DNA from: Vitreoscilla sp.
GTDB lineage: Bacteria; Pseudomonadota; Gammaproteobacteria; Burkholderiales; Neisseriaceae
Length of the DNA: 64,000 nucleotides
Direction: 5' to 3'
Assembly: GCA_030150505.1 (NCBI GenBank)
Contig: JASLFS010000043.1
Span: forward strand, 2,573 to 66,572
Part shown: positions 51,996-60,799 of the stretch, in pieces
How the letters are laid out: every line of letters starts with the position of its first letter
Numbering within the stretch: position 1 is the stretch's first letter
Position numbers and translations under genes: made by a program
Notes under the pieces: model-generated
What the model saw: the letters and a program-made list of their open reading frames with translations, nothing else
The model's database searches: none
Told to the model about the DNA's origin: nothing

Positions 51996-52460
51996 TTATT
52001 CCTGTTCTGACTGGATATCGCGCAATAAGTTAGCCATTTCTACGGCAACATTTGCAGCATCAGCGCCTTTAATGTGCATACGAGCAATAGCTTGGTCATC
52101 ATTTTCTGTGGTTAAAATAGCATTGGCGATAGGGATGTTAAAGTCTAAGCCAACACGGGTAACACCTGCACCTGATTCATTAGAAACCAATTCAAAATGA
52201 TAAGTTTCACCACGAATAATAATGCCAAGGGCAATTAATGCATCATATTTATCGCTAGCAGCCATGTTTTGCAATACCAAAGGTACTTCTAAAGCGCCAG
52301 GAACTGTTGCAAGGGTAATGTGCTTGGCTTTTACGCCCAATTCCTCTAAACGCTCAGAACAGGCACGCAATAACTCGTTACCTATACCATCGCTAAAGCG
52401 AGCCTGTACAATACCAATGCGTAAGCCTTTTCCTGCCAAATCAATAGCGTAACGATTCAT
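51996..52460 (-). CDS. ribH: 6,7-dimethyl-8-ribityllumazine synthase
   Basis: 154 aa with VPGALEVP and GETYHFE motifs. Confidence 0.93.
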   Translation of the reverse strand: MNRYAIDLAGKGLRIGIVQARFSDGIGNELLRACSERLEELGVKAKHITLATVPGALEVPLVLQNMAASDKYDALIALGIIIRGETYHFELVSNESGAGVTRVGLDFNIPIANAILTTENDDQAIARMHIKGADAANVAVEMANLLRDIQSEQE

Positions 52461-52563
52461 AATGTGTTTTCCTCGTGTTGAAAATGATTTTAAATGCTTA
52501 AGTAAAAAGCAAGGGGGTTATTATAACGTAAGCTGATGCAAATTTGCAGATACTCTATTGAAT

Positions 52564-53778
52564 TTAAGCTGTCTGTTGTGCTTTTAAAGTTGCAATTTTA
52601 TGTGCTTTACGCAAGCAGAATAAACTCAATATCGCACAGAATGTTTGTGTTAAAGCCATCGGCCATGCCGCATGCGTGCCTGCTAAACCTGTTAATGGAG
52701 AAACGGCAGCACCAAACATAAAGAATAAAGAGCCTAAAATAGCAGAGCCAGTGCCAATAGCATGTGGTGTTTGTTGAACAGCTAAGGCTGAGCCATTGCC
52801 TAAAATAAAGCTCATGGTCATTACGAAAACAAAAATAAGAGGCGCCATAATATAAGGGGAATGAATGCCGCTAGCAAAGGTAATTAACAATATGACTGCT
52901 AAGGCAAGGTTAATGCGTTGTGCCGTCCATAAAATTTGCCATGGTGAAAAACGTTTTAATAATTGGTTATTAATCATGCTGCCAGATACCAAACCAATGG
53001 CATTGCCAGCAAAGAAAAATGCATAATTTTTACTGGCAATTCCCAAAACGTTTTGATAAACGAATGGCGATGCGGATACATAACTCATTAAGCTACCAAA
53101 TGATAAGCAAACAGCTAAGGTTAAACTTAAATAATGTTTATTGCTAATAATGGGCTTCATGCCTAAATAAACATGATGTAAACGTTCAGGGTTTCTTTTT
53201 TCTTGTGTTAAAGATTCTGGAACACGTAAGTAGGCTGTGGTTAGCATCACTAGCCCTAAAATAGCCAATGCAGCCATAATGCCACGCCAGCCTACATGCG
53301 GAACCAATGCGCTACCAGCCAAAGGAGCGATAACTGGGGCAAATCCACTGATTGAGCTTAAGATGCTAAATGCACGAGCGGCTTCTGCACCTTTGGCGAT
53401 ATCGGCAACAACAGCTCTGGCAATGACAATGCTGCCGGCGCCCATTAAACCTTGTAAAGCCCGAAAGAAAATAAAGCTTTTGATGTCTGCTACGAAAATA
53501 CAGGCAATAGATGCTAGGAAATATAAGCTTAGGCATACCATTAATGGTTTTCGTCGGCCATATTTATCTGATAATGGGCCGATGATAATTTGACCAATAC
53601 TAAGTCCGAATAAAAATGCGGTTAATGTTAGTTGAACAGCAGTTGCTTGTGCATTTAAATCTTTTGCAATGGTTGGGAACGAAGGCAAATACATGTCAAT
53701 GGCAAAAGGGGCAACTGCTGTAAGTAAGGCTAATGATAAAAATAAAGTAGGGGTGAGTGTTGTTTGATGATATTTCAT
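52564..53778 (-). CDS. MFS drug efflux transporter, Bcr/CflA (DHA1) subfamily
   Basis: 12-TM MFS with the GPLSDKYGRRKP motif. The start is set at the ATG at 53778 (MKYHQTTL...). Confidence 0.85.
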   Translation of the reverse strand: MKYHQTTLTPTLFLSLALLTAVAPFAIDMYLPSFPTIAKDLNAQATAVQLTLTAFLFGLSIGQIIIGPLSDKYGRRKPLMVCLSLYFLASIACIFVADIKSFIFFRALQGLMGAGSIVIARAVVADIAKGAEAARAFSILSSISGFAPVIAPLAGSALVPHVGWRGIMAALAILGLVMLTTAYLRVPESLTQEKRNPERLHHVYLGMKPIISNKHYLSLTLAVCLSFGSLMSYVSASPFVYQNVLGIASKNYAFFFAGNAIGLVSGSMINNQLLKRFSPWQILWTAQRINLALAVILLITFASGIHSPYIMAPLIFVFVMTMSFILGNGSALAVQQTPHAIGTGSAILGSLFFMFGAAVSPLTGLAGTHAAWPMALTQTFCAILSLFCLRKAHKIATLKAQQTA

Positions 53779-54143
53779 AAAATCCAAGTATTTTAAGTGT
53801 TGACTTGATTCAATATTTAACAAATTAATAGTTTTTAAAATATATTGATATTGCTAGAAGTTTAGCGATATATTTTAGCAAAAATTCTTAATAAAATCTT
53901 TTGGTTGGTTGAATTTATATTTGTTTTGACAAAGTCAGTTATTTGCTTGCAATGGGTTTGATTTCGTATTTTGTGGGCAGTTATAGAATAATTGTCTTAA
54001 ATTAATTTTGAAATTTTGGGGTGTTGCCCTTATATTAAAGAGTTAGTCATTGCGGCTTTGTTACATCAATTGATTTGTTAATTAAAAATTCAGTTTTAAT
54101 TCAATGGTGTAGCCATTTGTTTAACCACGAAAAAGGTATTTAT

Positions 54144-55463
54144 ATGACGTTCAGTCAACTCAATCAAAATTATTCACAACAATTTTTCGATTTAGAAAAA
54201 GTAATTATTGAGCAGCACACCAAAATTGAGTCGTGGTTTCGAAGCAAGTGGCGTGAGCATCAACCGCCATTTTATGGCTCAGTCGATTTACGCAATAGTG
54301 GTTACAAAATTGCTTCTATTGATATGAATTTATTTCCAGGTGGGTTTAATAATTTAAATTCAAACTTTACACCTTTGGCTGCAGTTGCAGCACAAACAGC
54401 AATGGAAACAACTTGTGAAGGTGCTAAGTCGATTTTAATTATTCCTGAAAACCATACGCGCAATACATTCTATTTAGAGAATGTTTATGTTTTGCGCCGT
54501 ATTTTGCGTTCAGCAGGTTATCAAGTTCGTGTTGGTACATTGAACCCTGAGATTACTGAGCCGACTGAATTAATCACAGCAATGGATAATCCATTATTAT
54601 TAGAGCCAGTAACTCGTGTGGATGATTATTTGGTTTTAGGTGATGGTTATAAAGCTTGCTTGGTATTGTTAAACAATGATTTGTCGGGCGGCGTTCCTGA
54701 TATTTTGAAAAATCTAGAACAAAATGTGTTGCCATCAGTTGCAGCGGGTTGGCAAACACGTCGTAAAACCAAACATTTTGCCGAATACAATAAAGTGGCA
54801 GATGAATTTGCAGCATTGATTGGCGTGGATCCATGGCAAATTAATCCTTATTTTGAAGCTTGTGGTAATTTGAATTTTCAATCTCGTGAGGGTGAAGATC
54901 AGTTGGCAGAAGTGGTTGATCGCTTATTGAAAAAAATTCAAGCTAAATATGATGAGAATGGCATTCAAGATGAGCCGTTTGTTATTGTTAAGGCCGATGC
55001 CGGAACATATGGCATGGGGATCATGAGTGTTAAATCTGCAGATGAAGTGCGTGGCTTGAATCGTAAAAATCGCAACAAAATGGCTGTGATTAAAGAAGGC
55101 TTGGAAGTTAATGAGGTCATTGTACAAGAAGGTATTTATACCAACGAAACGGTACATGATGCAGTAGCTGAACCAGTTGTTTATATGATGGACAGATTTG
55201 TTATCGGCGGTTTCTATCGTGTTCATGAAGGCAGAAATACTCATGAGAATTTGAACGCAAGCGGAATGAGATTTATTCCTTTAAATAAAGATATGCCAAT
55301 GCCTAAAGATGAAGAGGTTGAAAGTCAGCGTGAATTTGCGCAATGGGATACAGTTGGTATGCCAGATCGTAAACTTGCACCTGATGCAGAAAATAATAGA
55401 TTGTATATTTATGGTGTAATGGCGAGATTGTCATTATTGGCAGCTTCTTTAGAATTAGAATAA
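54144..55463 (+). CDS. gshA: Glutamate-cysteine ligase, short beta-proteobacterial (T. ferrooxidans-type) family
   Basis: About 440 aa with YGSVDLRNSGYKIASIDMNLFPGGFNNL and an ATP-grasp-like VIVKADAGTYGMGIM segment, which I recognise as the non-E. coli GshA family. gshB lies 3 kb downstream. The start is set at the ATG at 54144. Confidence 0.75.
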   Translation: MTFSQLNQNYSQQFFDLEKVIIEQHTKIESWFRSKWREHQPPFYGSVDLRNSGYKIASIDMNLFPGGFNNLNSNFTPLAAVAAQTAMETTCEGAKSILIIPENHTRNTFYLENVYVLRRILRSAGYQVRVGTLNPEITEPTELITAMDNPLLLEPVTRVDDYLVLGDGYKACLVLLNNDLSGGVPDILKNLEQNVLPSVAAGWQTRRKTKHFAEYNKVADEFAALIGVDPWQINPYFEACGNLNFQSREGEDQLAEVVDRLLKKIQAKYDENGIQDEPFVIVKADAGTYGMGIMSVKSADEVRGLNRKNRNKMAVIKEGLEVNEVIVQEGIYTNETVHDAVAEPVVYMMDRFVIGGFYRVHEGRNTHENLNASGMRFIPLNKDMPMPKDEEVESQREFAQWDTVGMPDRKLAPDAENNRLYIYGVMARLSLLAASLELE

Positions 55464-55481
55464 ATACAGACAGAATAAAGA

Positions 55482-55518
55482 TACAGGCAGCCTCTAATCA
55501 GACAATAGGCTGCCTGAA
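55482..55518 (+). terminator. Terminator hairpin built from a near-DUS/DUS inverted pair after gshA
   Basis: TACAGGCAGCCT (55482-55493, one mismatch) pairs with AGGCTGCCTGAA (55507-55518, exact) across a 13-nt loop. Confidence 0.65.
55507..55518 (+). repeat. DUS-like 12-mer AGGCTGCCTGAA
   Basis: Exact match. Confidence 0.75.
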
Positions 55519-55540
55519 AGATATTTAAAGGAATAAAGCA

Positions 55541-56548
55541 ATGAAAAAACGTGTTTTAACAGGGGTAACAACGACAGGTATTCCTCATTTAGGTAATTAT
55601 GTTGGTGCAATACGCCCAGCCATTCAAGCTAGCCAAAATGCTGGTGTGGAATCATTCTTCTTTTTGGCGAACTATCATGGGTTAATTAAATGCCATGATG
55701 CGGATCATATTCATGAATCAACTTTAGCTGGTGCTGCAACATGGTTAGCTAGTGGATTGGATTATGAAAATGTTACTTTTTATCGCCAATCAGATATTCC
55801 AGAAATCCAAGAGTTAAATTGGATTTTAACTTGTGTTACTGCTAAAGGATTAATGAATCGTGCACATGCTTATAAAGCAGCGGTTCAGGCTAACCATGAG
55901 AATGGTGTTCAAGATGATGACCATGCCGTTGATATGGGCTTGTATTGTTATCCGATATTGATGAGTGCTGATATTTTGATGTTTAACGCCAATGAAGTTC
56001 CTGTTGGTCGCGATCAAATTCAACATTTAGAGATGGCTCGTGATATTGCTGGTCGTTTTAATCATCGTTACAAAGAAGTGTTTACGCTACCACAAGTTGT
56101 GGTGGATGATAACGTGGCATTATTAGCTGGTTTAGATGGTCGTAAAATGAGCAAAAGCTATGGTAATACGATTCCTCTATTTGAATCAGAGAAAAAGCTA
56201 CGCAAATCAATCATGAAGATTGTGACCAATAGCTTGATGCCAGGAGATGTTAAATCAACTGAAGATTCAATTGTTTTTGATATTTATAAAGCATTTGCTA
56301 CTGCAGAGCAAACAGCTGCACTTGCAGAAGATTTTGCCAATGGTATTGGTTGGGGCGATGCAAAACAAAAGTTATTTGAATTAATCAATGCTGAATTGGC
56401 TGAAAAACGGGAACGCTTTGCTGAATTAATTAGTAACCCAAGCCAAGTAGAAGATATCCTACAATATGGTGCGGAAAAAGCCAGAAAAGTCAGCCGAGAG
56501 AGAATTCAATTAATTCGAGATGCTGTTGGAATTCGTACGTTAAAATAA
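55541..56548 (+). CDS. trpS: Tryptophanyl-tRNA synthetase
   Basis: Class I aaRS with a HIGH-type PHLGNY motif and KMSKS. 335 aa. Confidence 0.93.
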   Translation: MKKRVLTGVTTTGIPHLGNYVGAIRPAIQASQNAGVESFFFLANYHGLIKCHDADHIHESTLAGAATWLASGLDYENVTFYRQSDIPEIQELNWILTCVTAKGLMNRAHAYKAAVQANHENGVQDDDHAVDMGLYCYPILMSADILMFNANEVPVGRDQIQHLEMARDIAGRFNHRYKEVFTLPQVVVDDNVALLAGLDGRKMSKSYGNTIPLFESEKKLRKSIMKIVTNSLMPGDVKSTEDSIVFDIYKAFATAEQTAALAEDFANGIGWGDAKQKLFELINAELAEKRERFAELISNPSQVEDILQYGAEKARKVSRERIQLIRDAVGIRTLK

Positions 56549-56653
56549 TAAAAAATATGATTAGTATTCAAAATGCTGCTTAATAGGCAGCATTTTTGCT
56601 TTTGTAAATGGGTAATAATTTGTTATGATGCAAAATCGAAATTGACTACTATT

Positions 56654-57835
56654 ATGATGATAACAATGAATAAATTTTTTATTGGGGTAGGGATTAGCTC
56701 ATTATTGGCTTTAACGGGCTGCATGGATAAATCCGAGGATAAACAAGCAGAGAATCCAATTAGCTGTACAAGTGCAGAAGCAACACAAAGCATTTTGGAT
56801 AATATTGCGAAGAAAGCAAAGCAATCTGCTCTTTTTGCTCAGGGTTATGAATGGAGCCTAAGTGAAGAGGTTATGAGCCAAGCTTTAAGCCAATTACAAA
56901 TTCAGATAACAAATATTCGAACTGATGTTCAATCAGAGAAAAAAGCAACTTGCTTGGCAACTTATAGCATTGATGTACCTAGCGTAATATTTAAGCAAGC
57001 TAACGATGGCTTTGCTTATTGGAATGAAGGCGAAGTCAATTTAACAACAAATTTAGCTGCTTTGAATTGGGTTCAAGAAGCTGCCAGCCTAAATAAAAAT
57101 ATTCAATATACGGTTCAGCAAACTGATGATGGCAAGAAAGTCATTACCGAATTGGACAAACCAAGTGAAGTTTCTGATGGTTTATCTAATTTGCTAATTG
57201 GTTATGGTGCTTATGGCTTCTATACCAAAATGATGGAACAAGACGATAAAAATGAAAAAGAATGGGCAGCTCGAGAAGCTCAGTTACAAGTTTTAGATGA
57301 TGAGCGCACCATTGCGATGGTTAAAGAATCGAAAGAATTAAATCGTTTTGCTCACCAAAGAATGAATCAAGCATGGCAATCCTTACCAGAATCAGTGCGA
57401 AAAGAATTATTAAATGTTCAAAATGCATGGAATGAAAAACGCAATAAAGATTGTCGATACAGAGCAACAGCGAACACTGATAATACGCCAGAACAAGCGC
57501 TAATTGTTATACATTGTGACACAGAGTATGTTGATGCTCGAACAGAAGAATTATTGTCTTTAGCTAGCCGCTATGATAATAACGAAGCATCTGAAGCTGA
57601 AGCAAACTTAGCATCGGTACGCAGTCAAATGCAACAAACTTGGTCTAGTTTGCCAAAAGAAATCCGTGAAACTTTACAACAAGAGCAAAAAGAATGGCAA
57701 AGTGATGCAGAGGCAACTTGTACATCAAAACGTAGCCAAACAGCTGATCAAGAAAGTTCGCGTTTAATTTATAATAAATGTTTAGCGGATGAAATTAAAA
57801 AACGCATCGGTGTTTTAAAGAAATTCCAAGTATAA
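56654..57835 (+). CDS. Lipoprotein with two DUF1311 (LprI-like) repeats
   Basis: Lipobox LALTGC. The motif W..LP...R..L...Q..W......C occurs twice (MNQAWQSLPESVRKELLNVQNAWNEKRNKDC and MQQTWSSLPKEIRETLQQEQKEWQSDAEATC). The start is ambiguous between ATGs at 56654, 56657 and 56666. Confidence 0.7.
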   Translation: MMITMNKFFIGVGISSLLALTGCMDKSEDKQAENPISCTSAEATQSILDNIAKKAKQSALFAQGYEWSLSEEVMSQALSQLQIQITNIRTDVQSEKKATCLATYSIDVPSVIFKQANDGFAYWNEGEVNLTTNLAALNWVQEAASLNKNIQYTVQQTDDGKKVITELDKPSEVSDGLSNLLIGYGAYGFYTKMMEQDDKNEKEWAAREAQLQVLDDERTIAMVKESKELNRFAHQRMNQAWQSLPESVRKELLNVQNAWNEKRNKDCRYRATANTDNTPEQALIVIHCDTEYVDARTEELLSLASRYDNNEASEAEANLASVRSQMQQTWSSLPKEIRETLQQEQKEWQSDAEATCTSKRSQTADQESSRLIYNKCLADEIKKRIGVLKKFQV

Positions 57836-57847
57836 AAAAATCTGCAT

Positions 57848-57876
57848 GAAAGGGCTTTTTAAGCCCTTTCTTTTAT
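57848..57876 (+). terminator. Rho-independent terminator after the DUF1311 lipoprotein gene
   Basis: 10-bp stem GAAAGGGCTT / AAGCCCTTTC with loop TTT and a T-run. Confidence 0.88.
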
Positions 57877-58008
57877 TATTTGCTTGAAAAGTGTAAAATT
57901 TGATAAAAAGTAACAATTAATATTAACAACGACAGGCAAAGCCTGTTCAGTTTTGCTAAAAAAGCATATGATAAATCAACAGAATCAATATTCAGTAGGT
58001 AGATAGCA

Positions 58009-58623
58009 ATGACAGATAATGTAAACAAACAACATGGCGGAGCCAGAGCAGGCGCAGGGCGAAAAAAAGGCAGTATTCGTAAAGCGCCTACAGTGTTAAA
58101 GCGCATCCCTGAAATGTTGGTGCCTGCTGTTGAACAATGGATTGCAGCCAATCAAGATTTATTGACCATCAATCCAAAAAATGAAAGACCTGATGGTGCA
58201 ATGGCCATTGTATCCGAGGCGAGCTCAGAAAAATACATTAACTTGGCATTGAGCAAAGTTGCGGCAGGTTTGCCCAGTTATGCAGAAGATACCATTGATA
58301 CCGTGCTCGATTTAAATGATTACTTGGTCGCATCGCCCACTAAAACATTTGCCATTCGAGCCAGTGGTATTTCCATGGTAGATGCAGGCATTGATCCAGA
58401 TGATTTATTGTTGGTGGATACCAGCTTGCAACCTAAGCACAACGATATTGTGGTTGCCAATGTTGATAATAATTTTACAGTTAAGCGATTGCATGTTGAA
58501 AAATTAAGCATGAGTTTGCATGCAGAAAATCATTTAGCGGAGTATCCTGTATTGACTCCAAGAAATGCTGATGTTTGGAATATTATTGGTGTAGTCACCA
58601 GTGTGATTAAAACATTGCGTTAA
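58009..58623 (+). CDS. LexA/UmuD-family S24 self-cleaving regulator with a non-canonical basic N-terminus
   Basis: The C-terminal S24 module has all autoproteolysis elements: the cleavage-site context KVAAGLPS (Ala-Gly), the Ser nucleophile in ASGISM, and the Lys in FTVKRL exactly 37 residues later, as in LexA. The N-terminal roughly 80 aa lack the LexA wHTH and begin with GGARAGAGRKKG. Confidence 0.8.
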   Translation: MTDNVNKQHGGARAGAGRKKGSIRKAPTVLKRIPEMLVPAVEQWIAANQDLLTINPKNERPDGAMAIVSEASSEKYINLALSKVAAGLPSYAEDTIDTVLDLNDYLVASPTKTFAIRASGISMVDAGIDPDDLLLVDTSLQPKHNDIVVANVDNNFTVKRLHVEKLSMSLHAENHLAEYPVLTPRNADVWNIIGVVTSVIKTLR

Positions 58624-58634
58624 CGAAAGAAAAC

Positions 58635-59579
58635 ATGAGAATTTTATTCATTGCCGATCCGCTTGCGGGTTTTAAAACATATAAAGACACAACTTATGCC
58701 ATGATGCGAGAATGCGCAAAACGTGGACATGAGTTATTTCATACGTTAAGTAGTGATTTATTTACCAACCAAGGTTTGGTGGCGACAACAGCAACGCCTT
58801 TTTCGTTTTTAGGCGAAGAAGGTGATTGTTGGTATGAGACAGGTGAGCCAATACAGATGGGTTTGAAGTATTTTGATGCAGTGATTATGCGCACAGACCC
58901 ACCTTTTGATTTGCAATACTTGTATGCAACGCAGTTTTTAACACTAGCAGAACAGCAAGGTGCGCGCATAGCCAATAGCGGTCAAAGCATGCGCGATTTT
59001 AATGAAAAACTTGCCATTTTAAATTTTTCTGAATTTATCGCACCAACATTGGTTACAACTAAATCTGCTCAAGTTAAGGATTTTTTAAGGGAAAAAGGCG
59101 ATATTATCGTTAAACCTTTAGATGGCATGGGTGGCATGGGTATTTTCCGTTTGCGTGAAAATGATCCCAACGTTGGTTCGATACTGGAAACGTTGATGCA
59201 ATTGGACAGTAAAACAATCATGGCTCAGCAATACATCCCTGAAATTGTGAAAGGCGATAAACGAGTTTTGATTATTGACGGCGAGCCTGTGCCATTTGCA
59301 CTGGCTAGAATTCCGCAAAAAGGTGAAACACGTGGTAATTTAGCAGCTGGTGGCATGGGGGTTGCGCAAGAACTAAGTGAACGAGATTGGGAAATTGCCA
59401 ATGCATTGGCACCTGAATTAAAACGACGTGGTATTTTGCTGGCAGGCTTGGATATCATTGGGGATTATTTAACGGAAGTTAATGTAACCAGCCCAACAGG
59501 TTTTCAAGAAATCATGAAGCAAAAAAATTATGATGTTGCTCAGAAATTTATTGATGCTATTGAGAAATTGGAAAAATGA
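58635..59579 (+). CDS. gshB: Glutathione synthetase
   Basis: ATP-grasp GshB (RTDPPFD, IVKPLDGMGGMGIFR, NLAAGG, TEVNVTSP). It starts 11 nt after the regulator's stop. Confidence 0.93.
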   Translation: MRILFIADPLAGFKTYKDTTYAMMRECAKRGHELFHTLSSDLFTNQGLVATTATPFSFLGEEGDCWYETGEPIQMGLKYFDAVIMRTDPPFDLQYLYATQFLTLAEQQGARIANSGQSMRDFNEKLAILNFSEFIAPTLVTTKSAQVKDFLREKGDIIVKPLDGMGGMGIFRLRENDPNVGSILETLMQLDSKTIMAQQYIPEIVKGDKRVLIIDGEPVPFALARIPQKGETRGNLAAGGMGVAQELSERDWEIANALAPELKRRGILLAGLDIIGDYLTEVNVTSPTGFQEIMKQKNYDVAQKFIDAIEKLEK

Positions 59580-59612
59580 TTTTTTATGCTATTGAAATTT
59601 AATGGTTTAATT

Positions 59613-59645
59613 AAGGTGTGACAACGTGTCGCACCTTTTTCTATT
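59613..59645 (+). terminator. Rho-independent terminator after gshB
   Basis: 11-bp stem AAGGTGTGACA / TGTCGCACCTT (one G-U pair) with a 3-nt loop and a T-run. Confidence 0.85.
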
Positions 59646-59691
59646 GCCCAAAAGGTAAACAGTTAATACAATAAAATGGAATTTAAAGTTC

Positions 59692-60114
59692 ATGTTAGAT
59701 AAAGAAGAAAAGACAAATCAATCCAACTTTGCCCTAGAAGCCAAAGGTAAAACAGGAATTCGACGAGTGGTAAATGCTTTTGGTTATTCTGTTGATGGTC
59801 TGAAAGCAGCTTATACAGAAGCTGCATTTCGGCAGCTGATTTGGCTAAATAGCGCATTGATTATTTTGATTTTTGTTTTGAAATTCAGTTTAGTCACTAA
59901 AATGATATTAATTTTGACTTCTATGTTAAGTTTGATCGTAGAATTATTTAATACAGGCATAGAAGCAGCAGTTGACCATACTTCATTGGCTAAAAGTAAC
60001 TTAGCGAAAAGAGCTAAAGACGTCGGTTCTGCCGCACAATTAGTAGCAATATTAACTTTAGCTATTATGTGGGGTTTAGCATTGTGGCGTGATTATGGTA
60101 TTCATTTATTTTAA
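59692..60114 (+). CDS. dgkA: Diacylglycerol kinase (DgkA family)
   Basis: Collinear with E. coli DgkA (NAFGYSVDGLKAAY..EAAFRQ, ELFNTGIEAAVD, AKDVGSAA). Three TM helices. Confidence 0.85.
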   Translation: MLDKEEKTNQSNFALEAKGKTGIRRVVNAFGYSVDGLKAAYTEAAFRQLIWLNSALIILIFVLKFSLVTKMILILTSMLSLIVELFNTGIEAAVDHTSLAKSNLAKRAKDVGSAAQLVAILTLAIMWGLALWRDYGIHLF

Positions 60115-60123
60115 GAGAGAAAT

Positions 60124-60615
60124 ATGAAAAAAGCATTATTACTATCTGCACTTTTAGTCAGTGCACCTTTAGCAACAATTGCAAATGCCCACGATCACCA
60201 GCATGCAGAACACAGCGCCAAAGAAATTGAATTGGGACAAGCGTGGAGTAGAATGACAGCTCCTAGCGTTCCTGGTGCGGTTTTTATTAGTATACATAAT
60301 GGTACTGATAAAAAGGATGTATTAATGAGCGCCAGTACCCCAGTTTCTAGCAAGGTGGAATTGCATAACCATATCCATGAAAATGGAGTGATGAAAATGC
60401 GTGAAGTGAAAGGTGGCATACCACTAGCTGCCAATGAAACTACAGTGCTACAGCCTGGTAGTTATCACATTATGCTAATGAATTTAAAAGAGCCACTAAA
60501 AATTGGCCAAGAATTTCCTATAACTTTAAAATTTAAAAATACAGGGTCTAAAACAGTAACTGTTAAAGTTAATAATGGGGAAGGGCAAGACACGCACCAA
60601 CACATGCATCATTAG
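60124..60615 (+). CDS. Periplasmic copper chaperone PCu(A)C (DUF461) with His-rich termini
   Basis: Signal peptide; copper-binding H..M / HxM context (ELHNHIHENGVMKMREV, SYHIMLMNL); extra His clusters AHDHQHAEH and DTHQHMHH. Confidence 0.8.
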   Translation: MKKALLLSALLVSAPLATIANAHDHQHAEHSAKEIELGQAWSRMTAPSVPGAVFISIHNGTDKKDVLMSASTPVSSKVELHNHIHENGVMKMREVKGGIPLAANETTVLQPGSYHIMLMNLKEPLKIGQEFPITLKFKNTGSKTVTVKVNNGEGQDTHQHMHH

Positions 60616-60671
60616 TTTTTAACGTTTCATTACCAATCGCCCTTAATCCAAGCACGAAACAAGGGTTCTTT

Positions 60672-60702
60672 ACTGCTTATCATTTGATAAGCAGTTTTTT
60701 TA
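60672..60702 (+). terminator. Rho-independent terminator after the PCuAC gene
   Basis: 11-bp stem ACTGCTTATCA / TGATAAGCAGT followed by a T-run. Confidence 0.85.
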
Positions 60703-60734
60703 TGGGTAAATTTTTCGTAAAGATGATAATTAAT

Positions 60735-60770
60735 TTGCGCATTATTTAAATGATAATTATAATCATTCTT
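60735..60770 (+). promoter_or_regulatory. Sigma-70 promoter overlapped by a Fur box
   Basis: -35 TTGCGC (60735-60740), 17-nt spacer, perfect -10 TATAAT (60758-60763). GATAATTATAATCATTCTT (60752-70) matches the 19-bp Fur consensus GATAATGATAATCATTATC at 16 of 19 positions. Confidence 0.8.
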
Positions 60771-60799
60771 TATTGAGAATATTTAGAAAAGGAAATGGA

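Noticed and set aside
52461-52563. Possible FMN riboswitch upstream of ribH-nusB, or upstream of ribA
   Set aside because: The spacer is only about 100 nt, and I could not find the conserved FMN-element core helices. ribA is directly abutted to the preceding ORF, leaving no room for a leader.
57876-58151. 91-aa minus-strand ORF spanning the LexA-like gene's promoter and start
   Set aside because: It overlaps the regulator's N-terminal coding region and the AT-rich promoter and has no RBS. Its hydrophobic composition is an artefact of translating AT-rich and antisense sequence.
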